Origin: the human T2T-CHM13v2.0 reference genome, Homo sapiens
Length of the DNA stretch: 64,000 bases
Reading direction: 5' to 3' (one strand)
Assembly (NCBI RefSeq): GCF_009914755.1
Contig: NC_060944.1
Each line of letters opens with the position of its first letter. The first letter of the stretch is position 1. This document shows, piece by piece, positions 37,540-52,060 of the stretch. A model generated the notes under the pieces. It made no database searches and was not told the DNA's origin. It was given only the letters and a program-made list of their open reading frames with translations. Both the position numbers and the translations under genes were made by a program.

Positions 37540-40500
37540 AAGAATTCTGTGCAGGTTACAGCATAATTTAATTACAAATGAATATGCATTATTAGATATA
37601 AAAATGAGAGATGTCTGAGTATGATAACTAAGATAGACAGTGTTAGAACATCATGATTTGAAGGATCGTCACTCACTGTTACTTCCAGAAGTTATGTCCA
37701 ATCAGCTACCTTCGTTTTGGATAAGATAGTTCCTGTAGAATTACTCACATTGGATCTTTCTTCCTTTAATCTATTTCTCTGTAAGCACATGCAAATTATG
37801 CTTGACTTAACCAAGCAGCTCTACTTCAATTTGTTGCCATGATGTGATGAGTAACCAGAATGGATTTTTAGGCTCATCAAATGTCTATGCTATGTGGTTC
37901 AAAAGCAGAGTGACCTTTACAGCTTGCATTGTGCATTGCAAATCTAAAATTTGAGGCTAAGATAGGAAATTCTCACATCATTTTCCTTTCATTAGAGGAG
38001 AAAACAGAATTCAGCTGGACACATGCACTAAAATTAGATTTTTAAATAAACAGCACAGGTCTTAATAATTCATGCAAAGATGCAGAAAAAAATGAGGAAA
38101 ATAATTGAGCAATGGCAGGCAAATATCATGTCGTTTTGTACTGCCTCAAACTAACCCTCAGTACTGTATATCTCTGATGTACACGTTTATTAATGAAACA
38201 AAAGGCATCTACTATGGATAAATAATACATCATATGGATTTCACACATTCTATATATAATAGAGATCAGTGACACCTATCAATTCATTTTAAATCAGGCC
38301 ATGCGTATTTCGCTCAGTCTGCAGTTTGTCAGTCTCTCCTTTCTACTTAATAGATGTCAAAGTTTGTTATGCTTAAAAAATGCAACGTAGTGAGGAACCA
38401 GGTGCAATATAAAAGTAATTACAAAAAATCAGCAAGACTAACTGCCCCCACAAAAACAGCCTAAACAGTGATATATTTGTGCATTTATCATTAGTAACAT
38501 GGGCTCATCTTAGAGATTTAGTGGAAGAATTCATCAGTGTCATTAAGGAATGAAGACATTTTGAAAACTTCTTTTTTAAAAAAATTCTACAAATCTATTA
38601 AAATATTTATGACTATAGATGAAAAGTAATTATTGTCATCTACACGAAGGCGTTGTCATGGCAGGGACACAAAGCCAGGGGTTAAGAGGTGGGGGCAGGA
38701 GAGAAAGGTGCAATCCAAACTGCAAAACTGGATTAAACAGAGGTTTAAAAAAAACAAAAACAAAATAATTAGTGGTATAACATAAATAGATGTCATTAGC
38801 TGTAGTAATGTCTATGACAAATAAATAAGAGTTGAAAACAATAAAACTCCCGGTAATGTACTCTGTTGTAATATCGATGGCAGCATGTGGGGAACATCTG
38901 ACAGCTGTTAAACAGATGTGGCAATTAGCAAACCTTATGGTCATGCTGGTAAAATTATCATGCAACACGCTCTCCAGCAGAATTAGATGACTTCCTTCTT
39001 TGTGTGGCTTTATCCACGTGGAGAGTTAGACTAATCCTCCGTTTAAGCAATATTGTTAGCTGATACAGTCTAAGCCACATATGGGTGTGTGTGTGTGCGC
39101 GCATATATAGACATATATTTTTTGATGTCTTCTGAAAGATTTAGAGAAATTCAGAATTTAAACAAGAACAATATCAATTCAGCTGTGTAGCAGATACTTC
39201 AATTATAATCGCTAATGGACAAATTGAGAGATAAAAAGACTTTTCTATCACGTTGAAATTCAATGAACAGTTTTCAATTAGGCTTTGGATGTAAAAGGAA
39301 AAAAAGAAAGCGACTTTTCCTTGATGTTAACATTGCTGAGAGAGATGAGAGGAACTTTGCTTTTTCATTATACTGAAGAGATGCATATAAGGCTGCATAT
39401 TTGAATTATAAATCAGGTCGCTATCTGCCAACCGAAAGCAATATCAATTAGAACTTAGGTGGATTAAGCTTTAAAATGCCTTATATTTAATGACAAAAGT
39501 ATGACTGTTAATCTCCGCAGCCATCAAAGGGATAATTTAAGGCAGCAAGAAATCAGAGAATGATGTCACAAAAATAGGCCCTTGCAGCTTTTTGGATAGT
39601 ATTATCGTAATTAATGTACTTCAAATGACTTTTTTTGTGGGTTATGAGCTTTCACAAAAGCATTTATTGCGGGCATAAAATATAAAACTCTAAAGAGTGG
39701 GTTTGACTAAGGTTGACTGGAGGGGCCTTAGCCTTTCTGCTACAGTAATTCCTGTAAAATAATAGTTTCATTTACAGGCATAATTTATAATGTTGAATTT
39801 ATGCCAGTTCATCTGGTATAAATCATGGTAATAGCATGATCTATTGTATGTCACTTGAGCGAATGCAAATTAAATATTGTTAAATTAAAGAAAAACTGTT
39901 AAAATAACATTGGGTTGTAACCAGAACTGCTGGAATGAAGGAAATGTGGGATTAAGGATGAAATTTCACTGCTGTAGGTCTTGAGCTGATACTGGAGGTT
40001 GTTGCCAAAAGCAAATATACATCTAAATAAGTAAATAAATAAATAAACTGTACTGTGTTGTTGGGGACAAAGTCATACATTACCCCAGAGTGTTCTTTCA
40101 TTGTAATTTCTAACAGCAACTCTAAAAATTAAATAGCTGTTTTTTGGTTTGGTTTTGCTTCCTGCAATTCTTTAATGTTTTATTTGGCAATTGGAAATGG
40201 AGTTTCTTTCTTAATTACTCGGTGATTTTTTTTTCTTTTGACTCATAGGCTTTTTTTCCCCCCAGGATCATTCTCAACAAAACTATTATTTATTTACTTT
40301 TTCAGACCTTAGCATCTCCCTGCTAACAGGCCCAAAGAGCACACTGAGGTTAGTTGGTTAGACAGCAATTGCTGATTCTTTTCACTGCTTATGTAGTGAA
40401 ATGCTGCGAGACTGAATCAGCGGAGCTGATAACAGCTTTAATTCTTGAATGTGGTTCTAGAAAGCTTGGGTCATTAATAAACAAGAGTCATTAAAATGCG

Positions 40501-40640
40501 TCTTTCACACAAATCCACTTCTTCCCACAAACAAAATTCTTTTTATTCCATTTAGAAGTTGATGACAACTCATCCTCAAAGCCAACCAGAGCCATTGTGC
40601 TAAGGTAAATATGGGCGTAGGACAAGAGGAAGCGAGGGAT
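37540..40640. promoter_or_regulatory. Repeat-free AT-rich island, candidate conserved enhancer cluster
   Basis: >3 kb with no recognisable transposon; dense homeodomain, E-box, TCF and HOX13/CDX motifs; conservation not testable here. Confidence 0.55.
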
Positions 40641-40643
40641 ACA

Positions 40644-40909
40644 GGCAATATTATTTCCCTTTTACATTACAAAAATCCATTACAAATCATATCATTAATG
40701 GAAAGGAATAAGTTGAGATTCTAGGGTATGGTGTGTGCGCGTGTGTGTTCTGTTACACATGTAACCTAGCACATTGTCAGAACTCAATAAAAGAGGCTAA
40801 CAGAAAACAGGGCATACCGGCAATATTATTTCCCTTTTACATTAAAAAAATCCATTACAAATTATATCATCAATGGATCACGCTTGGTAAGGAATAAGTT
40901 GAGATTTTG

Positions 40910-40952
<43 letters not shown>

Positions 40953-41000
40953 CGTGCTCTGTTTCACATGTAACCTAGCACGTTGTCAGAACTCAATAAA
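40644..41000 (+). repeat. Local tandem duplication (copies 40644-40791 and 40819-41000), copy 2 with expanded (GT)n
   Basis: Both copies read ggcaatattatttcccttttacatta...aaggaataagttgagatt...cacatgtaacctagcac.ttgtcagaactcaataaa. Confidence 0.95.
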
Positions 41001-41772
41001 TGTTGATGGATGGCAGGGTGGCATACCCATTATAACATCAATTAATTTGCTGTCAAGAAAAAGTGGGCCCTTCAAATTATCCAGCCATAATTGCCTTGGC
41101 TTTGCTAACTTTTCCCCCTACATAATAGGTTATGTGAGTAGTTATCAACACATATGCCTCAAAAATATTCAATAAAAGACTGCATTTTTCCCCACATGCC
41201 GTGATAGAAAAAAAAGACAATTTAGTATGGTGACTGTTAAGATGTGAATATGTGGTTATTCTGATGGACCCAGGGAGCAGGGCAGGAGTTGTGAAGGAAT
41301 ACTCAGAGCAGTGCCGGACAATCTGGGTTTGAAGAGGAGCAGCAGAGCTGTCTATCGTTTATTAAGCACTTGGTCGCTGTGCCATGCATGAGCCATCTAG
41401 GGCCAGGACTTGGGCAGGGCCAGTGGAGCGCTTGTTTCAGGTACAAAATTTAGGGGAAGGGTAACAACAAAAACCTGAAAAATCAAGATAAATCATGTTT
41501 TCATGCAATATTTAAAAAACTAAAATGAACACAAAAATTCATCATGAACAAAATACCAAAATTTTAAGTAGACAGGAGCCTTCTCAGAACTGGGGACAAA
41601 TTATATCCTAAGCAAGTTAATGCAAGAACAGAAAACCAAATACCACATGTTCTCACTTACAGGTGGGAGCTAAGCATTGAGTACTCATGGACATAAAGAT
41701 GGGAACAGTAGACACTGTTCTGTTACTGTGGGGGAGGAGAGGAGAGGAAGGGCTGAAAAACTACCTACTAGG

Positions 41773-42060
41773 GGATGGGTGCTGGGCTCATGCCTGTAAT
41801 CTCAGCACTTTGGGAGGCTGAGGAGGGCTGATTGCTTTGAGACCAGTCTGGGCAACATAGTGAAACCATGTCTCTACTTAAAAAAAAAAAAAGGCAGGTG
41901 GGTATGGTAGTGCACACCTGTCATCTCAGTGACAAGAGAGGCTGAGGTGGGAGGATGGCTTGAGTCTGGGAGGTCAAGGGTACAGTGAGCTGGGATCACA
42001 GCACTACACTTTATCCTGGACAACAGAACAAGATCCTGTCTCAAAAAAAAAAAAAAAAAA
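41773..42060 (+). mobile_element. AluJ (degenerate, small deletion)
   Basis: Dimeric Alu with poly(A). Confidence 0.88.
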
Positions 42061-42097
42061 TCAACTACCAAAAAACCCCTAAAACCTACCTATTGGG

Positions 42098-42409
<312 letters not shown>

Positions 42410-42944
42410 CTATGCTCACTACCTGAGTGGTGGGATTGTTCGCACCTGAAACCTTAGCATCATGCAATATAACCAAGTAATAAACCTGTATACCTACCCC
42501 CGGAATCTAAAATAAAAGTTGAAATTTTATTTAAAAAACAAAGAATTGGAGGCAAAAGGCAAAATGTTTATCCTTCTCTGTGTATGCTTGTGTATATTTT
42601 TTATTGGTCAGTGTTTTCCCAGAACATTAAAGAAATTGAAAACAATACTGAAAAACTGAAAAGTAGGTATGTTAAAACTCACATTAAGTTAATATTTTTT
42701 TACTTCAAATAGAATCTATTATAATGTCACTCTTTTGGCTTTAAGGGGAACAAAATCATCCATGATATTTTCATTTCTTTATCTATTTATTTTTACTGTA
42801 TATAATTAAGGTGTACAACATAATGGTCTGAAAAACCTGATTCTGAAAAATGACTGCGAAGGGCATCATAAACTTATATCCTTGTGGGGATGCACCATTC
42901 CTCCTTTGCTTCAGGTGCTAAGATGGATCTGTACAGCACTGTAA

Positions 42945-43404
<460 letters not shown>

Positions 43405-43424
43405 TGATTTTAAAAAATATCACA

Positions 43425-43741
<317 letters not shown>

Positions 43742-43774
43742 TCACATGAAAATATGATTTATGTTGATTACTAA

Positions 43775-44206
<432 letters not shown>

Positions 44207-44234
44207 GTAGCTGTTGTGATTATGCCTATTTTTG

Positions 44235-44685
44235 TAGGTGAAGAAACAGTGCTGACCTTCATTTCCCCATTCCATGCCTAAGCTTCACGGCTTCCTGATA
44301 CACCAAAGACTTTGCATTGTAGGTCCCCTGGGACTCTGCTCCATGGAATGCTGTGTTCACAGACGGGTGACGGACAAGCTTGGGGTGCGTTAATGCTCCA
44401 GGAGGAGCCCTCAACCAGTGATAGACCAGAGTCAGATGATCAGTACCCCAGCTTTCTTGCTAGGCAGGCTGATACTGGCACATGGCCCATGCAGTCTTTC
44501 AGGGGACCCTAACAAGTCTTCACTTGCCTCCAGTAGGAACCTGATCATTAACATGACTGGTCGTGGCCTCCCTGCCTCCTTTGTCATACTCTCTACCAGA
44601 GCTTCTTGACATCACGTTCCAAATCAATTACTTGCCCTCAAAACCTATCTCAGGGTCCGTTTCTAGGGAAGCCACCCTGAGATGC
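44235..44685 (+). mobile_element. LTR16-like ERVL LTR (inside a minus-strand MIR)
   Basis: 3' end 'ccaaatcaattacttgccctcaaaacctatctcagggtccgtttctagggaa'. Confidence 0.65.
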
Positions 44686-44804
44686 TGAAGCACAGAGACG
44701 TTGGCTAAGCAACTCACCAAGTTTATAAATTTATGATGTGGGAGAGCAGGAATTCAACCCCAGGGAGTCAGCTGCTAGGGTCCATGGTCTTATCCGCACT
44801 CCAC

Positions 44805-45134
44805 CAGAACCTTTGCAAACTACGGCCAGAGGGCAAAGTTTGGTTTGCTGCCTGTTTCTGTCTGCCTGTGAGTTAGAAATAGTTTGTATAGTTTCAAATG
44901 GTCAAAAAAATCAAAAGAAGAATGATATTCATGTGAAAATATATGAAATTAAAATGTCAGCATCCATAAATAAAGTTTAATGGGAAGATAGCCATGTCCA
45001 TTTGTTTACATACTTCAATGGCTGTCTTTGTGCTGCAGCTGCAGAATTGAGTAGCTGAGACAGAGATCAAATGGCCTGCAAAGCCAAAAATATTTCCTAT
45101 CTGGCCTTTTGCAGAAACAGTTTGCTCAGCCCTG
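44805..45134. mobile_element. MER58B
   Basis: 'gcaaactacggcc...ccataaataaagttt...catttgtttacat...tggcctgcaaagccaaaaatattt...gtttgctcagccctg'. Confidence 0.85.
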
Positions 45135-45159
45135 CTCCACTGCTTTTCTCTTCCAGCTT

Positions 45160-45335
45160 TGTAACTGATTAGTGGTCCCTTTACTAACCTCTGTGAGTCT
45201 CAGATTTTGCAGATGTAAAATGGGGATAAATCACTGCTCCTGTATAGTTCTTGTGAAGATTGAATATACGAGGTAATATTTGCAAAGTTCCTAGCACAGA
45301 GTTCACCTCTTGCAAATATAATAGCCATTTCTACT
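45160..45335 (+). mobile_element. MIR
   Basis: 'taacctctgtgagtctcag...tgtaaaatggggataa...gtgaagattgaat'. Confidence 0.75.
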
Positions 45336-45974
45336 AAAATAAATTTTATGAAAATATTGTTATCTCAGTTGTTCCCGAGCCTATAAAATCCCTTATTCAG
45401 TAACCAGCAGATTTTTCTGGGGCGTTGGCATGGGAGAGTGTTTGCATTCTATAGGTAATGGGTGGGCCTAATTGCCTGTTAGTTGCAGATTTCTTTAAAG
45501 TTGGGCAAGACATGGAAAAGCAGAGAAAACAAATGAATAAAAACAAAGCAGCATGAAAAATGTCAGGGGTAGTATGTGAGAAACTGGAATCAATATTCAA
45601 AATGCATGCATGTCTCAATTTTTCTTTGTTACTGTGTCACTGTTTTGAAAAGTCTAAATTATGCTTGCAAAAACTTAACGTATGCATACATATGTATGAA
45701 TGTATACGACGTAGCAGGGTTGAGACAGACAAGCACAATAGTAGGTTTTGCTCAGAATAAGAGGCAGAAGTATGCGGTAAAAGTCGTTTCTGTACACAGT
45801 TGAGTGGTGGGTCATTCCAGCAGACCCTTCTCAGGGACGTGCAAACAGACCAGTAAGAAACTTCAAGGCTGTTTCTCCATTTTTCTCAAATCCATCTCCT
45901 TTCCTCCATTTCTGCAGTTAAGTCTGCCTTTATCTCTCTCAGGTTTACGGCTCCCCAACCTGGCTTTCTTTCCT

Positions 45975-46175
45975 CCAGTGCTTCTCAGTGGGAGCCAGTT
46001 TTGCTCCCCAGGATATATTGTTTTGTACCATAATCAAGAGTATGCAAAGGGCATCCATCCATGGGTACAGGTTAGGAATGCTGATGAAACCCTACAATGT
46101 ACTGGATCATCCTCCCGCTCAGGGAGGAATTATCCTGCCCAAAATATCAATAGTGTTGTGGTTGAGAGTCCATGC
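45975..46175 (+). mobile_element. MER20
   Basis: 'cagtgcttctca...ccctacaatgtac...aattatcctgcccaaaatatcaatagtg...ggttgaga'. Confidence 0.8.
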
Positions 46176-46209
46176 CAGTCTTTTCCTCTGATGGGTTCTC
46201 AATTCAGCA

Positions 46210-46735
46210 GCCAGTATGATTTCTATTTTCTAAAATGTAAATATTTTATTTTCTAAAGTACACTTCTTTGCATAAGACCCTGTATTGCATTCTTTTTGCC
46301 TGCAGGGTAAAATCTGAACCTGAATCCTTATAACATGTTAAAAAAACCTGTGTTGCCTGTTTCTTGCCTGTTTTCCCCCTCATCTCTCTCCTCTTTCGAC
46401 TCATACTTTATAAATGCATCGAGGTGTTGCTCACCTGTAGGACTCGGCATAAACTATTTTCAGACTCTGAGTCCATAACCCTTTTCACCCTTTTCTGGTC
46501 AACTTTTATGTACGAGTGACATGAAATATCAGCTCACAGGTTACCTTCCCCTTGATGGCAGCTACCATTTAACATGATAATCTTGTGTTGTAATTGCTTG
46601 CTCAATTATTTGTATTCCTGTTTACAGGCTTACCTCTCAGAGGGCAGGGATTGTATCTTTCTTTTTCACTACCACATGTGCAGTAAAAGGCACACAGTAG
46701 GTTCTCAGTTAATATTTGTTGATGACTGGAGTGCT
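46210..46735 (+). mobile_element. L2 3' region
   Basis: 'gagggcagggattgtatctt...ggcacacagtaggttctcagttaatatttgttga'. Confidence 0.7.
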
Positions 46736-46802
46736 TATGCTAGTTTGTTTATATGGAGCAACTTATTTAGAATGTTGTTAAGACATTTATAAATGTAAAT
46801 AT

Positions 46803-47095
46803 TTTTATTATTATTATTTTTTTGAGATGGAGTCTCGCTTTGTTGCCGAGGCTGGAGTGCGGTGGTGCAATCTCAGCTCGCTGCAACCTCCGCCTCCCAG
46901 GTTCAAGCGATTCTCCTGCCTCACCCTCCTGAGTAGCTGGGATTACAGGCATCCACCACCACACCCGGCTAATTTTTGTATTTTTAGTAGAGATGGGGTT
47001 TTACAATGTTAGCCAGGCTGGTGGCTCTCAAGTGATCCACCCACTTTGGCCTCCCAAAGTGCTGGGATTACAGGCATGAGCCACCACGCCTGGCC
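46803..47095 (-). mobile_element. AluS (short left-arm deletion)
   Basis: TSD aaatgtaaata. Confidence 0.93.
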
Positions 47096-47334
47096 TGCAA
47101 ATGTAAATAGATGTGGCAATTCATATTTCTGGGTTATGATAATATTGGTTTGCTGTGTAATTATACCAGCTGAAAAATGAGGAAAAAAAGTAGAAATCCA
47201 AAATGGTGGAATTTGAACAATATAAATTAATAGGCTGTTTTAGATTTTTTGGAGAGGAAGAAGAAGTATTAGTTAATTTAATAATAATAAGATTTAAAAA
47301 ATAATTTAAAAGATCACTAGACAATGGACAATGC

Positions 47335-47935
47335 TGTTGTCAAGAAGCGTGGAGGGTCTGAGATTTTTACCTTGCTTGCAAGCTAACAGTTACCCCACTA
47401 CATTTTTTTTTTTTTTTTTTTTTGAGATGGAGTCTCGCTCTGTCTCTCAGGCTGGAATGTAGTGACGTGATCTTGGCTCACTGCAACCTCCGCCTCACGG
47501 GTTCAAGCGATTCTCCTGTCTCAGTGCCCCCTCCCCACCTGCCCACGCAGATGGGACTACAAGGGCCCACTACCATGTCCGGCTAACTTTTTTTTGTATT
47601 TTTAGTTGAGATAAGGTTTTGTCATATTGGCCAGGCTGGTCTCAAACTCCTGGCCTCAAGGTGAGGAGGTGGCCTAAGGTGATCTGCTCACCTTAGCCTC
47701 CCAAAGTACTGGGATTATAGGCATAAACCACCACGCCCAGCTCCTTCCCACTACAATTTTGTAGATGCTGGCAGCAGACATGAGACTTGTGGGTCAGAAA
47801 CAAAAGACTTTATTACTCACTGTACAACATGCAGCATCTCTCCGTTGCTGCCATGAGACTTGAGGGCACAAGGGGAATAGAAATAAACATGAAGCTCATA
47901 CTGCATGTTGTGTTGTGAGCAATAAAGTCTTTGTA
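47335..47935. mobile_element. MER54/MER76-like ERVL LTR end, split by Alu and rearranged
   Basis: 'gggtctgagatttttaccttgcttgcaagctaac...gatgctggcagcagacatgagac...gggtcagaaacaaaagactttattactcac'. Confidence 0.6.
47402..47742 (-). mobile_element. AluS with internal insertions
   Basis: TSD cccactaca; extra C-rich and 'ggcctaaggtga' duplicated segments. Confidence 0.92.
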
Positions 47936-48239
47936 TACTCATTTGCAGGCAAAATAGATGGGATGAAGAAACAATGTAGAAACATGCTTTGGTTTTTCTG
48001 CCTTATATTATTCTTACAAATGCATCGAATGGTTCTGGCAAACATTTGAAAATGCATTTCTCTGGAAATGGCAACAGCCACCTAACCATCTAGCCCTGTT
48101 GATTTCTTCCTTCAAATATTTCTGGATTTCATCCGCTGGTCTTTACCTCCATTGATACCTTGCCCCCATCTTACTTCAAGCTGCCATCCTCTCTTAAAGG
48201 GGTTTGTAACAATGGATTCCTACATGGTTCCCTTCTTAT

Positions 48240-48400
48240 CCTCCAGTCATTGCTTAGCTAGTTTCTTGAAGCCCAGTTTCTTTATCTATGAAATAGAAAT
48301 AGCAACATTCCTAGCCCATAGGATTTTTGTGGAAATTACACAGAATGATGTAAATCAGCCTGACAAGTGCTGAGATTCAATTAATGTTAGCTCTTATGAT
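48240..48400 (+). mobile_element. MIR
   Basis: 'cccagtttctttatctatgaaatagaaatagcaac...cataggatttttgtg...aatgttagct'. Confidence 0.7.
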
Positions 48401-50402
48401 TGATTACTTATATATGCACAAGCCCTGAATTTGTATCTTCTATGTTTGATTTTTTACAACCAATAGATACTTTGAGGCAAAATCTTCAAAGTGAAATTAC
48501 CCCTTATGAATGGAATCAAGTTAAGCCAAAGCCTTTCTAGTGGAAAGCTGCTGTGTAAGAAGGGGAGTTTAAATTTGGGAAAAAGGATAAATTAGATCAG
48601 TTGATACTTACCCTTTAGGAAATATTATTTGAATTATTCTTCTATTGCCAGCCAACCCCATTTCATGGGGCATGTATATTTGCTAAGCAAATCAGAATTT
48701 TTCTTTTTTAAAGATCTGAAGGCTCTTCTCTATTCTATTATTAATTGAATATGTTTGGACCAATACAGGAAGAATAAAATTACTACATCACTATATGTAT
48801 GTGAGATAAAATATGTGATTAAAGATATTTATTATACTGATGTGGAAAACAATAATATGTTAAACAGATAAGGATGTAATAATGCATATTTTCCCCATAA
48901 AATTTAATTTATCTCTTGGGCTGGGCATAAACTTTCCTCTTGAACAACTTGCTTTCCAACTATAGATTGCTGAGCTAAACTGCTTAGTTTTACAGCAAAT
49001 TGATCACTACTGTAATATTTCAGGAGCAAAGTGATCCTTACCAGTCACTTTGATTTCAAAGGCCAAAATTTATAGTTTTGCTCCTGATTTAGTGATAAAA
49101 TTTTTTAACATATTGAGCATTTTATCACCTTCTATCAGGACATGGAGTTGAACTCACAAATGAAAAAAAAAAAAACCCAACAAAAAAGGGACCATAAATA
49201 ATATAGTACAGAATGACAGAAGAGTTTAATATTCCCTTTGGACCAGTGGGAAATTACTCAGATTTCTTTCCTTGTAAACATATGTCCTGGTCTCTATGGA
49301 AGACGTGTTATGCAATCTCTCTGCTCCTGGAAAGGGAGTCACAGATAATGCTGGAGCTGGAAACCACAAGGATTTTGTAAAAGCACAGAGGAAACTTTAT
49401 TATATGTGTGCTCCCCAGTGTCTCAACTCGACTTTATTCAAGGCAGATAAAATGTAGTTTTTGGACACTTCTGATATGTTCAAAATAGGTGCAGACAGTT
49501 AATGATGGGAAAGTTCATGACTCAGTAAAGATTACTCCCTAGCTGGTAGCTTAGGACAGAAAACTATAAAATCAAATTATGATAATCATAGGAGTCAGGA
49601 GAAAAAAGTAGGCCCATGGAGCTCTATTTACTGAAGTTTTGAATTCATTATATACCACCTACTGTGGAAGTATAGGAAACAGATTTTTTGATCATCTCAG
49701 TAGATTTACAAAGTAGAACTATTTTGTGATTACCAAAGTGAATTTTTAAAAAACTTAAAATTGTAAGAGAGAGAACCGGGGCTAGAAGAAACATGCAATA
49801 ATAGAGAATAAAAATAATCGACATGCCCCACAATACACTTGCACACATCCAGACTTTACCTTTTGAGGAACAGTTGGTTGGACATTAAACCAGTGAAAAC
49901 AGATGTGGCTGTCTCAGTTTTTACCACTAAAAATAATTTTTTTCCAAACAACATTTCCATCACATAGCAGTGTCTACCTGTCCTGACATAAGAGTTAAAC
50001 CATTGATCTAGGGCTTAAATAGGACTTTGACCTGCAGTGGTCTATTTTATCACATGTAACTTAGTTGTTGAGTCAGCAAGGCCAAATACGCTTCTACTAG
50101 ATATCAAATCTAGACAGCTAGGGTGTGCAAGATTTTTATTTTTTTACCTTCACTCAGATCTGTGTTTTAGGGAGAAAGTCGGCCTTTTCTACCTGATATT
50201 AAGAATATCTATCTGGACAGTGCCCTTGAGTGACAAATCTCATTGATAATTTTCTATGGAATGTCAGCCCTTGCCATGTTAAATTACATAGCTGCTAGTG
50301 TTTTATATGATACCTTCTTTTTTGTATGCTTGTTAGCATTTATAGGATTCTTATGATGTGCTTAGTTTTTTTTGTTTGTATTTAAAAACTTTAATACAGT
50401 TC

Positions 50403-51206
<804 letters not shown>

Positions 51207-51209
51207 AGA

Positions 51210-51380
51210 GCTTATTCATCCTCAGAATAATGTGATGAGGTAGCTACTATCATTATTCCCCACCCCCCTTTTTTTTTGTGCAGGGAATTATTGCAGAGGG
51301 TACTAAATAGCAAGAAGTCACCCAGCTAGTAAGTGGTGGAACCAGGAATCGAGAGAGTCTGGGTTCTTTACCCCTCTGCT
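51210..51380 (-). mobile_element. MIR
   Basis: 'atcctcagaataatgtgatgaggtagctactat...gtcacccagctagtaagtggtggaaccagga'. Confidence 0.75.
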
Positions 51381-51559
51381 GAGCAGTTTGATTATAACAA
51401 ACACAAAAACAAAAGTGAGTACAAATTTTAGTCTGTAAACTAAGATGTGCAATCAGATTTTATTTTCTATATCTCTATCTAAGCGCTAACTTGGAGCTTC
51501 CATCGTTCTGGGCTGGCAGAAGAATTCAGCTCAGTTCTTTCTGGAAATTGCTTCATGAG

Positions 51560-52060
51560 GTGGACATTTGTTAGTGCATCTGAATTGCTTCCCATGTCTG
51601 AGGAAACCTTGTCTTTGTAAGGCTGAGCTCATCTCACATCTGAAGAGGAAAACCCCAGTTATGTGCTTTCCTGATCTCCCTGGAAGTCCCAAATGGCCAT
51701 TAAAAGCTTGAGATAGGAGAATACAGGGATTGCACGGAGTGCATTCTGGTGACTGGTAGTAGCAATGGTGGTGGCAGGGGCAGAAGTTGTTTGGGCACCA
51801 GTGTCTAGTGTCCAGCACTGTTGGCATCACTACATATGGTCCAAACTCCTGCATCTGTGCCCAGCTCTGTTCATGGGGGCATTGTCATGGCACCAGTATT
51901 ATACCTCGATCTTGTGCAGTATTCTGACTGCAAAACCTCCAAACCTGGCTCTTTGGAGTTCCTGGGGGCTTTGTGAGTGACAAAGAATCACTTGATAAAT
52001 GCTCTTCCTGCTGGAATTAATCAGAATTAGCTTCAGTTGTTGGCAACTATAAGCCCCAGC
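51560..52060 (+). mobile_element. Old ERVL-type LTR (LTR33/LTR41-like)
   Basis: 3' end 'ataaatgctcttcctgc...tcagaattagcttcagttgttggcaacta'. Confidence 0.45.

Noticed and set aside
45685-45698. 14-bp palindrome catacatatgtatg; other 10-13-bp micro-duplications (4274, 23705, 31329)
   Set aside because: Short, low-complexity slippage products expected at this frequency
45804-46256. 150-aa ORF
   Set aside because: Runs through MER20 and L2; no coding signal
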